64,000 bases of DNA from Nitriliruptoraceae bacterium (GCA_040904785.1 JBBDSV010000086.1:288-64287); one strand, 5' to 3'. Positions 19,214 through 30,900 are shown, counted from the stretch's first letter. Numbers and translations: made by a program. Notes: generated from the letters alone by a model not told the origin.

Positions 19214-20130
19214 CGCGCGACGATCGTGAAGGCGCGTTCGACCACGACGGGTGTCCGCCCCTCGCCGCCGGAGGCATCGATCTCGCTCGCTTCGAGGACA
19301 TAGTCGCCGGGGGTCGTGATGGTGAACGCCTGCGTCCACGTGCCACGTTCGGGTCCGCCGGCCGAGGCTGTCACCACCACCTCCTCGCGGACGGTGCCGT
19401 CGGCGTCACGCAGCCGCAATTCGAACGAGGCCTCGAACACGGTGGCATCGCCTGCGGCGACGATCGTGCCCGCATCAAGCTCGGCGGCGTGTGCAGGTTC
19501 GCGAATGACGATGGGAGTCAGCGAGAACGGGTCGGGCGCGAAGGGCAGCGACCAGTCGAGATGTCCCCACAAGTCGGTGATGGTCGCGCCGTCGACCTGC
19601 AGGCGCACCTGTTCCACGCCGTCGATCTCCGCCGCGGTGTGGGCGAGCTGATTGGCGAAGGCGACCTCCTGCGTGGAACTGCCCGACGTGTCCATGATCG
19701 ACGCGTCCACGGAGACCAGCAGCACACCGTCGTCGACGACAACGTCCTGGACCTCGATGTCGGGCGGCACGGCGGTGAACAGGGCCGGGTCGGCAGGTGT
19801 CGCGCCGAAGAGCGTGGTCATCGCCTGCGTTGCCACGTCGCTCGCCTCCCATGCACCGGCGACCGGGACCGTCTCGGGTTCGACCCACACACGTTCGTCG
19901 GTCGCCCGGCCGAAGAACAGGGTCTGCTCGGGGGCCTCGTCGGCGTCGTCGGCCTCTTCGGGTTCGTCGGGCGGTTCGGCCGGCGGCTCGGGGGGTTCGG
20001 CGTCGCCCGGCTCGTCCGGCGTCGTTGCCGGTGGCGGCGGGGGTGTCTCGGTGTCGGGTGTCGCGGGTGCACAGGCCACCGCGAGCACGATGATCGACAG
20101 CGCGGCGGTCGAGGTCCAGCACAAACGCAT
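19210..20130 (-). CDS. Lipoprotein with GerMN and Gmad2 (Ig-like) domains and an acidic Pro/Glu linker
   Basis: Lipobox LAVAC after MRLCWTSTAALSIIV. GerMN-like core (LLVSVDASIMDTSGSS...) and Gmad2-like C-terminus (VFEASFELRLRDADG...). Confidence 0.65.
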   Translation of the reverse strand: MRLCWTSTAALSIIVLAVACAPATPDTETPPPPPATTPDEPGDAEPPEPPAEPPDEPEEADDADEAPEQTLFFGRATDERVWVEPETVPVAGAWEASDVATQAMTTLFGATPADPALFTAVPPDIEVQDVVVDDGVLLVSVDASIMDTSGSSTQEVAFANQLAHTAAEIDGVEQVRLQVDGATITDLWGHLDWSLPFAPDPFSLTPIVIREPAHAAELDAGTIVAAGDATVFEASFELRLRDADGTVREEVVVTASAGGPERGTWTQAFTITTPGDYVLEASEIDASGGEGRTPVVVERAFTIVAR

Positions 20131-20228
20131 AGCGGGTCCGTTCAGCCGGAGGGGCACGGTGGCAGAAGACATACGGTACGGCGTCTGCGCGGTTCGACCC
20201 GGCGGCGCGGACCTGACCGCCGACGTTT

Positions 20229-20681
20229 TCACGCCACCAGCGACGCGGCAACGGTCGCGCCGAGTTCCCACGCCGCCTCGCGTGCGTCGGCGTCGACGTC
20301 GCCGATCACCGTGAGCGTCGCGGCCACCGGCTTCCACCCCATGCCACCGACGATGGTGTCGATGGCGCGCTCTGCCCCGGTCGTGTCCGAATTGCCGTGG
20401 ATCCACGCGGCGTACGGCCGACCTCGCGTCACGTCCTGGGCGGGGTAGTAGACCCGATCGAAGAAGTGTTTCAGCGCGCCCGAGATGTAGCCGATGTTCG
20501 CCGTCGTGCCGAGCAGATACCCGTCCGCCTCCAGCGCGGTCACCTCGTCACAGACGAGTGCGGGACGGACGATGACCTCGATGCCGTCGAGTTCGTCCGT
20601 CGATGCGCCGGCGACGACCGCGTCGAGCAGTTCGCTGGTCGCGGGTGACGGTGAGTGATGGACGATCAGCAGACGTGGCAT
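20229..20681 (-). CDS. Flavodoxin-like fold / NAD(P)H-dependent FMN reductase family protein
   Basis: MPRLLIVHHSPSPATSELLDAVV...ADGYLLGTTANIGYISGALKHFFD is typical of flavodoxin-like oxidoreductases. Confidence 0.6.
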   Translation of the reverse strand: MPRLLIVHHSPSPATSELLDAVVAGASTDELDGIEVIVRPALVCDEVTALEADGYLLGTTANIGYISGALKHFFDRVYYPAQDVTRGRPYAAWIHGNSDTTGAERAIDTIVGGMGWKPVAATLTVIGDVDADAREAAWELGATVAASLVA

Positions 20682-20763
20682 GCCGCGATGATGGCCGAGC
20701 CACGGTGTGCAACGCAAGCGCCGGACGGACGACCCGTCGGCGTCCTCGCGGGTGGGCAGCCCG

Positions 20764-20785
20764 TGTCACGTGTGGTGTGTAGGGT
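20764..20785 (+). promoter_or_regulatory. Possible RecA-independent DNA-damage (PafBC/RecA-NDp-like) promoter: TGTCACGTG-N7-TAGGGT
   Basis: TGTC, then TAGGGT starting exactly 16 nt after the first T, about 70 nt upstream of sbcD. This is only a partial match to my remembered consensus TGTCRGTG-N8-TANNNT. Confidence 0.25.
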
Positions 20786-20857
20786 CCGGCGCACGGCGCC
20801 GACGAGGCGTCCCGACGGCACGACCGGCGTGCCGAGACGATGGTGACGAGGAGCAGC

Positions 20858-22000
20858 GTGGTCCGGTTCTTGCATACGGCGGACTGGCAGCTGGGGATGA
20901 CCCGCCACTACCTGCGCGGTGAGGCGCAGGGCCGATTCGCACAGGATCGGCTCGACGTCATCGTTCGGATGGCCGATCTCGCCCGCGACCGCGAGTGTGC
21001 GTTCGTCGTCGTCGCCGGCGACGTGTTCGACACGACCCATCCCGATCGCCGCACCGTCGACCGCGCGCTCGACGCGCTGCGTGCGTTCACCGTCCCGGTG
21101 CTGCTGGTAGCCGGCAATCACGACGCACTCGTTCCCGGTGCGGTGCTCCGGGCGCCGACGTTCACCCAGCGTCTGCCCGACACCGTCGAGATCGTCGCCG
21201 ACGACGTGCCGCGACACCCCGCGGACGGCGTCGAGGTCGTCGGAGCACCCTGGCGCAGCAAGCGGCCGATCGGTGATCCGGTGACGCCGGTGTGCGCGGC
21301 AGTGACACCAACGGCTGCCCGCCGGATCGTCGTCGGTCACGGCGGAGTTGATGACCTCAGCGGCGACTTCGACGATCCGGCCATCATCCGGCTGGCCGAC
21401 CTCGAGGCGGCGGTCGACGCCTCGGGCATCGACTACGTCGCCCTGGGCGATCGCCACTCGACGACCGACGTCGGCCGCACCGGACGCATCTGGTATGCCG
21501 GAGCACCCGAGCCGACCTCTGAGCGGGAGGTCGATGCGGGCAACGCGCTCGTCGTCGACCTCGCTGACTCACGGGACACGCCACCGACGGTCGATGTCGT
21601 CCCGGTGGGCCGATGGCGCTTCGTCGAGCAGCTCTGGGACCTGGCAGGCGCCGCGGATCTCACCCGGCACTTCGCCGCGCTCGATGCCCGCGATGCCAAG
21701 GCACGCACGGTCGTCAAGATCGCGGTCACCGGGGTGGTCACGCTCGAGCAGGCATCTGCGCTCGACGACGGGCTCGACGCACGCGCCGATGCGTTCGGCG
21801 CGCTGCAACGTCCCGAACGCCACCGCGACCTGACCATCGTCGTCGACGAGGACGAGCTGCGCGGCCATCCACTTCCCGCCTACGTCGCCACCGCCCGCGA
21901 TCGCCTCGTCGCCACGGCCCAGGGCACCGGCCCTGACGCCGAGGCCGCGCGTGACGCGCTCGGGTTGCTGCTGCGGTATGCCCGGGAGGCGCGTCGATGA
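20858..22000 (+). CDS. sbcD: SbcD-like DNA repair exonuclease (metallophosphoesterase)
   Basis: VRFLHTADWQLG, VVAGDVFD and LVAGNHD motifs. GTG 20858 follows GAGGAG. ATG 20840 is an alternative start. Confidence 0.8.
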   Translation: MVRFLHTADWQLGMTRHYLRGEAQGRFAQDRLDVIVRMADLARDRECAFVVVAGDVFDTTHPDRRTVDRALDALRAFTVPVLLVAGNHDALVPGAVLRAPTFTQRLPDTVEIVADDVPRHPADGVEVVGAPWRSKRPIGDPVTPVCAAVTPTAARRIVVGHGGVDDLSGDFDDPAIIRLADLEAAVDASGIDYVALGDRHSTTDVGRTGRIWYAGAPEPTSEREVDAGNALVVDLADSRDTPPTVDVVPVGRWRFVEQLWDLAGAADLTRHFAALDARDAKARTVVKIAVTGVVTLEQASALDDGLDARADAFGALQRPERHRDLTIVVDEDELRGHPLPAYVATARDRLVATAQGTGPDAEAARDALGLLLRYAREARR

Positions 22001-24627
22001 GGATCCGCCGGGTGCGGCTCGAGCACGTGCGGGCAATCGAGACGTGCGAGCTCGATTTCACGGGTGACGTGACGGTCGTCCACGCCCCGAACGAACGGGG
22101 AAAGTCGACCGTGATCGACGCGATTCGCCTCGCGCTGACCACGAAGGCCACCTCCAAGTCCGCGGTCGTGCGCGGATTGACGCCCGCGGGCGCAGACGTG
22201 GGAAGCCTCGTCGAACTCGAACTCGAAACCGCCGCGGTCCACCTCACCGTGCGCAAGCGATACAACCGGGACGTCGAGACGGTGTTGACCGTGCATGCGC
22301 CACAGGCAGCGACGGTCACCGGGGACGAAGCGCACGACCGGCTGCGGGAACTGCTCGACGGCGACGTCGACTGGACGCTGTTCGACGCCCTGTGGTTGCC
22401 GCAGGGTCGCGCACTCGACGCCGTCGGGTTGGCCAGCGACACGCTGGCGCGCCAGCTCGGCGACGGTGGTGCAGTCGACGACGCTGCGCACGGCGATGAC
22501 GTGCTCGCACGTGTGGAGGTGGCCTACCTGACGTTGTTCACACCCACCGGTCGGAGACGCAAGGATCCGCTCGGCGACCTCGACGCGCACGTCGCAACGT
22601 TGCGGGAGCGTCGCGATGAACTCGACGCTCAGCTGGCCGAGCTCGATGAGGACATCGCCACGCTGGCCGAGCTGGAACGCTCGCTGCCCGCCCTGCAGGC
22701 CGAGTTCGACGGACCGCTACGCGAAGCCCTCGAGGTCGCAACGGCCGCCGCTGACACGCTCGGCCAGCTCGATGAGCGTCGTCGCGCCTGCGTCGCTGAA
22801 CTCGAGGCAGCCGACGAGCGGTGCAAGGCGGGAACCGAGGCGGTCGAGGCGCGTCGCGCAGCGATCGACGAGCTCGCCCGCCTGCGCACACGAATCGAGG
22901 AACGCGACGCCGATCTCGTGCCCGCACAGGAACGGCTCGACGAACTCGAAGGTGCGCTGACGAAGGCCGACGACGAGCTGCGCTCGCTCGGTGACGAGTT
23001 GGAGGCACGTCGCGAAGCGCAGCGACGGGCTGAGGACGCCCTCGCCTGGTACGACGCCCTGCAGCGGCACGCCCAGCTCGATCATCGCCAGCGCCAGGTG
23101 ACGAGGATCGTCGAAGATGCCCGGCAGGCCGCCGCCGCACTCGACGCCATCGTCGCCGACGAGGACATGATCGCCGCGATCCGTGCCGCCGCTCGCGACC
23201 TCGACCGCGCCGAGCTTCAGCGTGATGCGGCGGCGCCAACGCTCGACGTTCGGGCCCGACGCGCGGTCGACCTCGGCGTCGAGGACGAGACCGTGGCGCT
23301 CGAGCCCGACGGCGCGTTCACGCGACACGTCAGCGAACCGCTGACCGTACGCATCGGCGACGTCGCGGACATCACGGTGCGCCCGGCAGCGGGCGACCGT
23401 GACGCACAGCGCCGTGTCGAAGACGCGCGACGCGCACTTGCCGAGGCCTGCGCACAGGCCGGCGTTGCCGACGTCGACGAGGCCGATCGTGTCGACGCAG
23501 AACGTCGGCAGCATCTGGCCGTGCTGCGCGCCCGCGACGACGCGCTGGCTTCCCTGCTCGATGGTGCGACGCCCGCCGAGCTGGCCGCCGCCTCCGACGA
23601 GGCCGCGGCCGAAGCGGCGCGGGCCGCCGCACGCGTCGATGGTGACGAACTGGCCGACCGCGACCGGTCGATGCTCGTCGACGATGTGGAACGGGCGCGT
23701 GCGGCCACCGAGGCCGCCGCAGAGGCACACGAGCGTGCCCAACAGCAGCGCGACGAGCACGCCGCCGCAGTCGCCGCATGGCAGGAACAGCACGCGAACG
23801 CGCAGGCCGAACAGGACCGGGACCGCGATGAGGAAGCGCGGCGGAGGCGCGCACTCGACGACGCGCGCGAAGCCGTCTCCGACGCGACGCTCGACGAGCG
23901 GCGGGCAGCCGCACGCGAGGCCGCTGATCGGGCGCAAGCCGCGCTTGACGCGGTGGACGCCGAACGCGCCGAGCTCGATGCCGAGCGGGTCCAACTCGAA
24001 GTCACGACAGCCCGGAACGCGCACGAGACGGCACGCCGGCAACTGGCCGACGCACGTGAACGCCGGGCGCGACTCGACGCCAAACTGGATGCGCTCGGCA
24101 GCCAAGGGCTGGGAGAGCAACGGGGACACGTCCGCGCCGAACTCGAACGTGCCGAGATCGATCTTCGCCGCCTCACCCAGCGCGCGGACGCACTCGAACT
24201 GTTGCGCGGTGCGCTGCTCGCAGCCCGTGAGGAAGCCACGCGCACCTATCTCGCGCCGCTGCGCGACGCGATCGTCCAGCTTGCACGACTGCTGTTCGAC
24301 ACCGACGACGTCGATGTCGAACTCGACGAAGATCTGCGCATCGTGCGCCGCACGATCGGCACCGCACGGCTCGAGTGGGACCAGCTCAGCGCCGGAGCGC
24401 GCGAGCAGCTCGCGATTCTGTCCGGTCTTGCCGCGGCCCGGCTCGCGGGGGCCGACGGTGTGCCGTTCATCCTCGACGACGCGCTCGGGTACACCGACCC
24501 GGCGCGTATGGAGCGGATCAGCGCGCTCATCGGACAGTCCACCGGCGTGCAGGTGATCGTCCTGACGTGCGTCCCGGAACGCTTCCGCGCCACCGGTGTC
24601 GTCCCGACGCCGCTCGATGCGGCCTGA
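21997..24627 (+). CDS. sbcC: SbcC-like SMC/AAA ATPase with a long coiled coil
   Basis: N-terminal Walker A (VVHAPNERGKSTVIDAI), about 600 aa of Ala/Glu/Arg-rich coiled coil, and C-terminal Walker B (PFILDDALGYTD). ATGA overlap with sbcD. Confidence 0.8.
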   Translation: MRIRRVRLEHVRAIETCELDFTGDVTVVHAPNERGKSTVIDAIRLALTTKATSKSAVVRGLTPAGADVGSLVELELETAAVHLTVRKRYNRDVETVLTVHAPQAATVTGDEAHDRLRELLDGDVDWTLFDALWLPQGRALDAVGLASDTLARQLGDGGAVDDAAHGDDVLARVEVAYLTLFTPTGRRRKDPLGDLDAHVATLRERRDELDAQLAELDEDIATLAELERSLPALQAEFDGPLREALEVATAAADTLGQLDERRRACVAELEAADERCKAGTEAVEARRAAIDELARLRTRIEERDADLVPAQERLDELEGALTKADDELRSLGDELEARREAQRRAEDALAWYDALQRHAQLDHRQRQVTRIVEDARQAAAALDAIVADEDMIAAIRAAARDLDRAELQRDAAAPTLDVRARRAVDLGVEDETVALEPDGAFTRHVSEPLTVRIGDVADITVRPAAGDRDAQRRVEDARRALAEACAQAGVADVDEADRVDAERRQHLAVLRARDDALASLLDGATPAELAAASDEAAAEAARAAARVDGDELADRDRSMLVDDVERARAATEAAAEAHERAQQQRDEHAAAVAAWQEQHANAQAEQDRDRDEEARRRRALDDAREAVSDATLDERRAAAREAADRAQAALDAVDAERAELDAERVQLEVTTARNAHETARRQLADARERRARLDAKLDALGSQGLGEQRGHVRAELERAEIDLRRLTQRADALELLRGALLAAREEATRTYLAPLRDAIVQLARLLFDTDDVDVELDEDLRIVRRTIGTARLEWDQLSAGAREQLAILSGLAAARLAGADGVPFILDDALGYTDPARMERISALIGQSTGVQVIVLTCVPERFRATGVVPTPLDAA

Positions 24628-24628
24628 C

Positions 24629-27600
24629 ATGGCGCGATCCGCGGCTGCACCCTCCGGCGTCGACGTCGTCGTCGGCCCCACCGCCGATCAGCTCGTCGAC
24701 GCGCTCATCGCACGGCTGCGTTCGCAGGTGCCCGACGATCCCTTCGCCGAGACCACAATCGTCGTGCACAGTCGCGGCATGGGGCGATGGTTGTCCCACC
24801 GGCTCGCCGATCGACTCGCGGACGACGGATCGGGCATCGCCGCGAACCTCGATATCCCGTTCCCCGGAGAGCTGATCACCCGGATCGCGGCGGCGTGCGG
24901 GATCGACGACGTGCTCGAACCGTGGCAGCCGCGGCGACTCGCGTGGCATGTCGCCCGCGTGCTGTGGCGTGATCGCGGCGACGCGGCGCTGGGCACGCTG
25001 AGGCGGACACCCGGTCCCGCGACGCACGTCGACCGCTCGACATGGAATCTCGGTCGGTCGATCGCCGACGTGTTCAACGAATATGCGCTCGCACGCGCCG
25101 ACATGGTGGCCCGGTGGCGTGACGGCGACGATGTCGACGCCACCGGGCGACCGCTCGGTGCCACCGATCGCTGGCAACCCGAACTGTGGCGGAGGCTCGT
25201 TGCCGAACTCGGTGATCCCACGCGCGACTTCGACCGCACCCTCGACGTGCTCGCCGGCGATGGCGGGCAGATCCGTGAGGCGCTACCGACCGGTGCGCAC
25301 GTGTTCGGCATCTCGGTGTTGCCGCCACGGCTGTTCGACGTGCTCGTCGGTACAGCCCGCCACGTCGACGTCACGTGGTACGTCCCCGCGGTCTCGCCGC
25401 AGCAGTGGGCCGATGCCGTGCGCGACGACGCAGCGGTCTCCGCACATCATCCGCTCGTGGCGACCAACGGTCGGTTGACTGCAGATTCGGTCGCGCTCTT
25501 CGCCCGTGCAGCCGCTCGCGGTGATCTCGCCGATGTCACGGTGGCTGGCGGCGGGGCGCCCACCGAACGCACCGTGCTGGGGCGCGTGCAGGCGGCGATC
25601 CGCACGGACCGGTCGCCGCCGGCGTCTCCACCGCTGCACGAACGCGACGCGACTGTGCAGATCCATGGCGCCCACAGCGACATGCGGCAGGCCGAAATCG
25701 TGCGAGACGCGGTGTTGGCGGCCCTCGACGAAGATGCTGCGCTCGAGCCGCGCGACGTGATGATTCTCGTGCCCGACGCGGCGCGTTTCGGCCCGCTGAT
25801 CACCGCAGCATTCGCTGGTGACGGGCAACGGCCCGACGTTCCCGTCGTGGTCGCCGACCGGCGCCGGGCCGACGTCGAACCGCTCGCCGAGTCGTTGCTG
25901 GCGCTGCTGCGACTGGCGAGCAGCCGGGTGACGGCGACCGAGGTCGTCGACGTGTTCGCCCGCGATCCGGTCGCACGCCGCTTCGGTCTCACGAGCGCAG
26001 ACACCGATCGTGCGCGCTCGTGGATCGCCGGGGCCGGTATCCGCTGGGGGATCGACGAGCACGACCGCGTTGGCCGGGGGCAGCCACGCGACCGGCACCA
26101 CACCTGGCGAGGCGGACTCGACCGTCTTCTGCTCGGCGTCGCGCTCGCCGACGAGGACGACCGGATCGTGGGCGGTGTCGTGCCGTATGACGATGTCGAG
26201 GGCGACGACGTCGAAGTGCTCGCGCGGGTGTCGGAAGCGATCGAGGCGGTGCTGTCCGCCGTCGAGACGTTGCGGACGCCGCGATCGCTCGACGAGTGGT
26301 CGCAGGTCCTGCCGCAGATCGTCGACCAACTGTTCGCGGTCGACAATCAGGACACGTGGCGGCGGATCGAACTCGACGACGCGATCGAGGTCGCAACGAC
26401 GGCGACCGACGTCATCGCCGACGTCGATGCGATCGGTGCGGCCATCGCTGACGAGCTCGATATCGGTCGGGCAGCCGGCGGTTACGAAACGGGTGCGGTG
26501 ACGGTCTGCGAACTGCTGCCGATGCGGTCGATCCCGCACGAGGTCGTCGCCGTCCTCGGACTCGACGACGGTGCCTACCCGAGGCCCGGACGTCGCTACG
26601 GGTTCGACCTCGTCGACCGTGCGCCGAGCGCCGGCGATCGCGACCGCCGTGCCGAGGATCGTCACCTTTTCCTCGAGGCGCTCTTGTCGGCGCGTCGTCG
26701 ATTCATTGCCACCGCAACGATGCGTGATGTGCGGACCAACGCACCCATCGTGCCGTCGATCGTCCTCACCGAACTGATCGAGGTGCTGGACATGTTCGAA
26801 ATGACCCCGTCCGGTCCGGCGGGAATGGCGACTGTTCGCCATCACGCGCTCCACGCACACAGCCCCAGCGAGTTCGGCACCGATCCGCACGGTCCCGTGT
26901 CGTTCGATGCTGCGGCATTCGCCGCGGCCGTTGCCCGGGACCGGCCGGCCGACGACACCGGTCTGACGACCGATGCCCTGGCGCTCGGGCCACGCACACC
27001 GCCGCGAGAACACACCCTGCGCGCGGCCGCCCGAGCACTGGCGAATCCGACGCGGTATCTGCTCGAGGATCGACTCGGCGTCGTGCTGCACCGCTACGTC
27101 GAGCATGTTGACGACACCGAACCCCTGCAGATCCCGCCTGGCGACCGCGCAGCGTTGATCGAATCGCTGCGCCACCAGCGACGCGCGGTGGACATCGAGC
27201 GCTGGCGGGCCGCGAAGGTGGCGGCTGGCACGGTTCCCGCCGGCACGCCGGGAATCGTGGCACTTGACGACCTCGTCGCGGTCGTCGATGCACTTGATCG
27301 GCGGTTGCACGCCGAGTGTCGCGCGCTCGGCGTCGAGGGCGAACCGGTCGACGCCACCCTCAGCGTCGACGTCGCCTTCGGCGAACAGCGACTGCGCGAC
27401 ACCGTCGTCGGCGTACGCACCGACTGGGGTGCGCTCGTCGTGCATGTCGACCCGCGCGCAGATGCGCCCGAGCGTCGCCTCGACGCATGGCTGGCGCATC
27501 TGGCCACCAGCGTGACCCACGGGGCCGTCGCAACGGTCGCTGCTCGGCGGCCCGACGCCAGCGGTCGCCCGCAGATGCATCGGTTCGCGCCGCTGGCCAC

Positions 27601-27970
27601 CGAGCGGGCTTCCGCCCAGCACCGCGCACGGCAGCTGCTCGACGGCCTCGCCGATGTCGTCGCACGTGCCGACCGTGAGCTGATCCCGCTGTTCGCCCAC
27701 GCATCGTCGGCACTCGCTCGGCGCGGCATGGCTGACGCGCGTCGGGCATTCACCGGTGACGGGTACGCGATCGGCGACCGCGATGACTACGTCGCGCACG
27801 TGTATGGCGCCGACGTGACGCTCGACGACGTGCTGGAACCGTCCGGACGGCGTGAGCAGTTCGCACGGCTTGCCGAACAGGTCTGGGGTCCGCTGCTCGC
27901 CGCACGGGTTTCGCGCCGCGCCGAGTTGGAGGCCCGTGTCGATGACGTCCGGTCGGGGGCAGGTGCGTGA
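24629..27970 (+). CDS. recC: Exodeoxyribonuclease V gamma subunit (RecC)
   Basis: The N-terminus (IVVHSRGMGRWLSHRLADRL...IAANLDIPFPGELI), the size (1,113 aa) and the position before recB are all typical of RecC. Confidence 0.85.
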   Translation: MARSAAAPSGVDVVVGPTADQLVDALIARLRSQVPDDPFAETTIVVHSRGMGRWLSHRLADRLADDGSGIAANLDIPFPGELITRIAAACGIDDVLEPWQPRRLAWHVARVLWRDRGDAALGTLRRTPGPATHVDRSTWNLGRSIADVFNEYALARADMVARWRDGDDVDATGRPLGATDRWQPELWRRLVAELGDPTRDFDRTLDVLAGDGGQIREALPTGAHVFGISVLPPRLFDVLVGTARHVDVTWYVPAVSPQQWADAVRDDAAVSAHHPLVATNGRLTADSVALFARAAARGDLADVTVAGGGAPTERTVLGRVQAAIRTDRSPPASPPLHERDATVQIHGAHSDMRQAEIVRDAVLAALDEDAALEPRDVMILVPDAARFGPLITAAFAGDGQRPDVPVVVADRRRADVEPLAESLLALLRLASSRVTATEVVDVFARDPVARRFGLTSADTDRARSWIAGAGIRWGIDEHDRVGRGQPRDRHHTWRGGLDRLLLGVALADEDDRIVGGVVPYDDVEGDDVEVLARVSEAIEAVLSAVETLRTPRSLDEWSQVLPQIVDQLFAVDNQDTWRRIELDDAIEVATTATDVIADVDAIGAAIADELDIGRAAGGYETGAVTVCELLPMRSIPHEVVAVLGLDDGAYPRPGRRYGFDLVDRAPSAGDRDRRAEDRHLFLEALLSARRRFIATATMRDVRTNAPIVPSIVLTELIEVLDMFEMTPSGPAGMATVRHHALHAHSPSEFGTDPHGPVSFDAAAFAAAVARDRPADDTGLTTDALALGPRTPPREHTLRAAARALANPTRYLLEDRLGVVLHRYVEHVDDTEPLQIPPGDRAALIESLRHQRRAVDIERWRAAKVAAGTVPAGTPGIVALDDLVAVVDALDRRLHAECRALGVEGEPVDATLSVDVAFGEQRLRDTVVGVRTDWGALVVHVDPRADAPERRLDAWLAHLATSVTHGAVATVAARRPDASGRPQMHRFAPLATERASAQHRARQLLDGLADVVARADRELIPLFAHASSALARRGMADARRAFTGDGYAIGDRDDYVAHVYGADVTLDDVLEPSGRREQFARLAEQVWGPLLAARVSRRAELEARVDDVRSGAGA

Positions 27971-30900
27971 ACCCGACCATTCCGATGGACCCCTTCGATC
28001 CGACGGCACCGCTGGCCGACGGGATCGCCCGCATCGAAGCGAGTGCGGGAACGGGCAAGACGTATGCGTTGACCGATCAGGTTGTGCGCACACTCGCCGA
28101 GTCGGACGTCACCGCCGACCGCATCGTCATCGTGACGTTCACGCGGGCCGCCGCTGCCGAGTTACGTGGCCGTGTCCGCCTGCGGATCCGCGAGGTGCTC
28201 GCCGCGTTCGACACGCCGCCAGCCGCGGGGACCGACGCGGTCATCGATCATCTCATCGACGCCGACGACGCGACCTGCACGGTGCGTCGCCGGCGCCTCG
28301 AATCCGCTCGCGCGCGTTTCGACGATCTCATGATCGACACGATCCACGGGTTCTGCCAGCGGGTGCTCCAACAGTTGTCTTCCTCGCTCGGCGTGGAGAC
28401 GGGCGCCGAGTTGCGTGAAGACGTCGGACCGATCATCGACGGGGTTGTCGCCGATCTGTGGATCCGGGAGGTCCGTGGGGCCGACGCGCCATGGCTTCGG
28501 CTCCTTGCCGAACGGCGGGTCACGCCGGATCGCTTGACGAGCATCTTGCGCCAGTTCGAATCGGTTCCGGGCGCGGTGCTCACACCACGGCCCGAGTCGC
28601 AATCGGCAGCGCAGCTGTGGGATGACGAAGTTGCGGCATTCATCGACCGCTGGCACGCCCAGGCCGACGCGCTGCTGCAGTGGCTGACCGATGCGCAGGC
28701 GGCCGGTTCGTTCGGTCGGACGCGAACGTTCACGCCGAAGGCGCTCGCCGACATCCGTGCACAGTTCGACGACTTCAGCGCGGCGCCAGTTCTCGGTCGT
28801 GTCGATGCGCTCGGTGCGTTAGCGACGCTGACGCGCAGCGCGATCACCGACCGAATCGTCGACGAGGCGCGCATCCCGGACGCGTTGGACGTCGTGGACG
28901 CCGCTGCCCGCCTGGTTGACCTGCCGCGTCGTGTCGCCGAAGCGTTCCAGTCCCGATTCGTCGTCGATGCGTTCGACGAACTCGACTGTCGCAAGCGCAC
29001 CCACGGGGTGTGGTCGTTCACCGACCTGCTGCGCACGCTCGACGATGCGCTCGCGGACCCGATGTCGGCGGGTCTCGTCGCCGACGCGATCCACAGCCGG
29101 CTCGACGTCGCCTTCATCGACGAGTTCCAGGACACCGACCCGGTGCAATGGCGGATCTTCTCGACGTTGTTCGCCGACCGTCGCCTGGTGCTCGTGGGCG
29201 ACCCCAAGCAGGCGATCTACAGTTTCCGCGGTGCCGACATCACGACCTACCTCGCGGCCGCGCGCGACGCGACCGAACCGGTCGCGACGTTGCCGACGAA
29301 CTACCGCTCAGACCAGCGGGTCATTGACGCGCTCGACACGCTGTTCGACCCCGTCCGCTTCGCTGACGGCGGCCCGTTCGCTGACCCAGCGATCGCCTAC
29401 ACCGCCGTGAGGGCGGCCGACGCAAATGCTGCCGACCGGCTCGACGACCCGTCCGGTGCGCCGTTCGGGCTGGGGCTGCGGGTGGTCACCCGGACGACCG
29501 TCGGTGACACCGACGGGACGATCGCCAAGAGCCGTGCCGAGGACGCCGTGCCGCGCCTGGTCGCCGACGAGATCGTCGCGATGCTGTCGGGTGACGTGCA
29601 CATCGACCGTGAGGATGTGGCACGCGAGCTGCGACCCGGCGACATCGCGGTCCTCACGCGAACCAATGCGCAGGCGACTCGCACGCAGGCGGCACTGCGC
29701 GCCGTCGGGGTGCCGGCCGTCGTCGCTGCCGACCACAGCGTGTTCGACAGCGTCGAAGCGGGAGACGTCGAGCGGTTCCTCGCGGCGTTGCACGAACCGA
29801 CGTCGCAGCGGCGGGTCCGGGCGGTTCTGGCCGGCCCGGTGCTCGGCTGGTCGCTCGCCGACATCGACCGTCTCGACGACGCCCGATGGTCGACGGTTAT
29901 CGATCAGCTGCTCGACTGGGCGGCGAGTTGGCGGTCCCACGGCGTCGCCGTCGCGTTCCGGCGTGCACTGGCCGCCAACGACGCGTTCGCGCGCCTCGCG
30001 GCCCAGCCCGGCGGCGACCGGGTGTTGACCAATCTCGGGCACGTCGTCGAGCTGCTCCATCGTGAGGCATCGCGACGGCACCTGGGTCCGGCGGCGCTGC
30101 TGCAGTGGCTGCGACGCCAACGCGATCGGGTCGACGATCGCACCGACGACAGCGAACTGCGCCTCGACCGCGACGACGACGCGGTGCAGGTACTGACCGT
30201 TCACCGTGCCAAGGGGCTGCAGTTCCCGGTCGTCTTCAGCCCCTTCTTGTGGACCGGTGCGGTGCGCCGCACTGCCGACGCCGTCGTTCGCGTACGTGAC
30301 GACATCGAAGGAGGCATGATCGTCGACATCGGCTTCGACGACGCGGTCGCGCCGCGCGACCGGCACGTGGTGCTCGCACGGCGACAGCAGTGGCAGGAAG
30401 ACATCCGGCTGGCCTACGTCGCGCTGACCCGGGCCCGGCACCGCAACGTCGTCCATTTCGGTTCCATCGCCGGCGCCAGCGGCACCGGTCTGCATCGGCT
30501 GCTTCTGGCGAGCCGGCCCGACGGCGATGTCACCTCGTTCGAGCCGGACGCCACGACGATGTCCGACGACGAGCTTCGTGACCAGCTGGATCGGTTCACG
30601 GGAGCCGCGATTACCGTCACCGACGCACCGGCCGATGTTCGCGGCGTGCCGTGGCAGGACGAGCATCGCGACCGGCCGCACGTGCACCTTCGCACCGTTC
30701 AACGGCCGCTCGACCGGCAGTGGCAGCGAACCTCTTTCACCCGGCTCGTGCACACGCCGGTCGCCGGGGCCGACGAACACGCCGGCGACTTCGACGAGAC
30801 CGCCCAGACCGAGGTGCAGGACACCGACGTGCATGGCCCGGTCGATGAGGTGCCGTTGGCGCGGTTTCCGCGTGGACCCGCGGTCGGAACCGCGGTCCAC

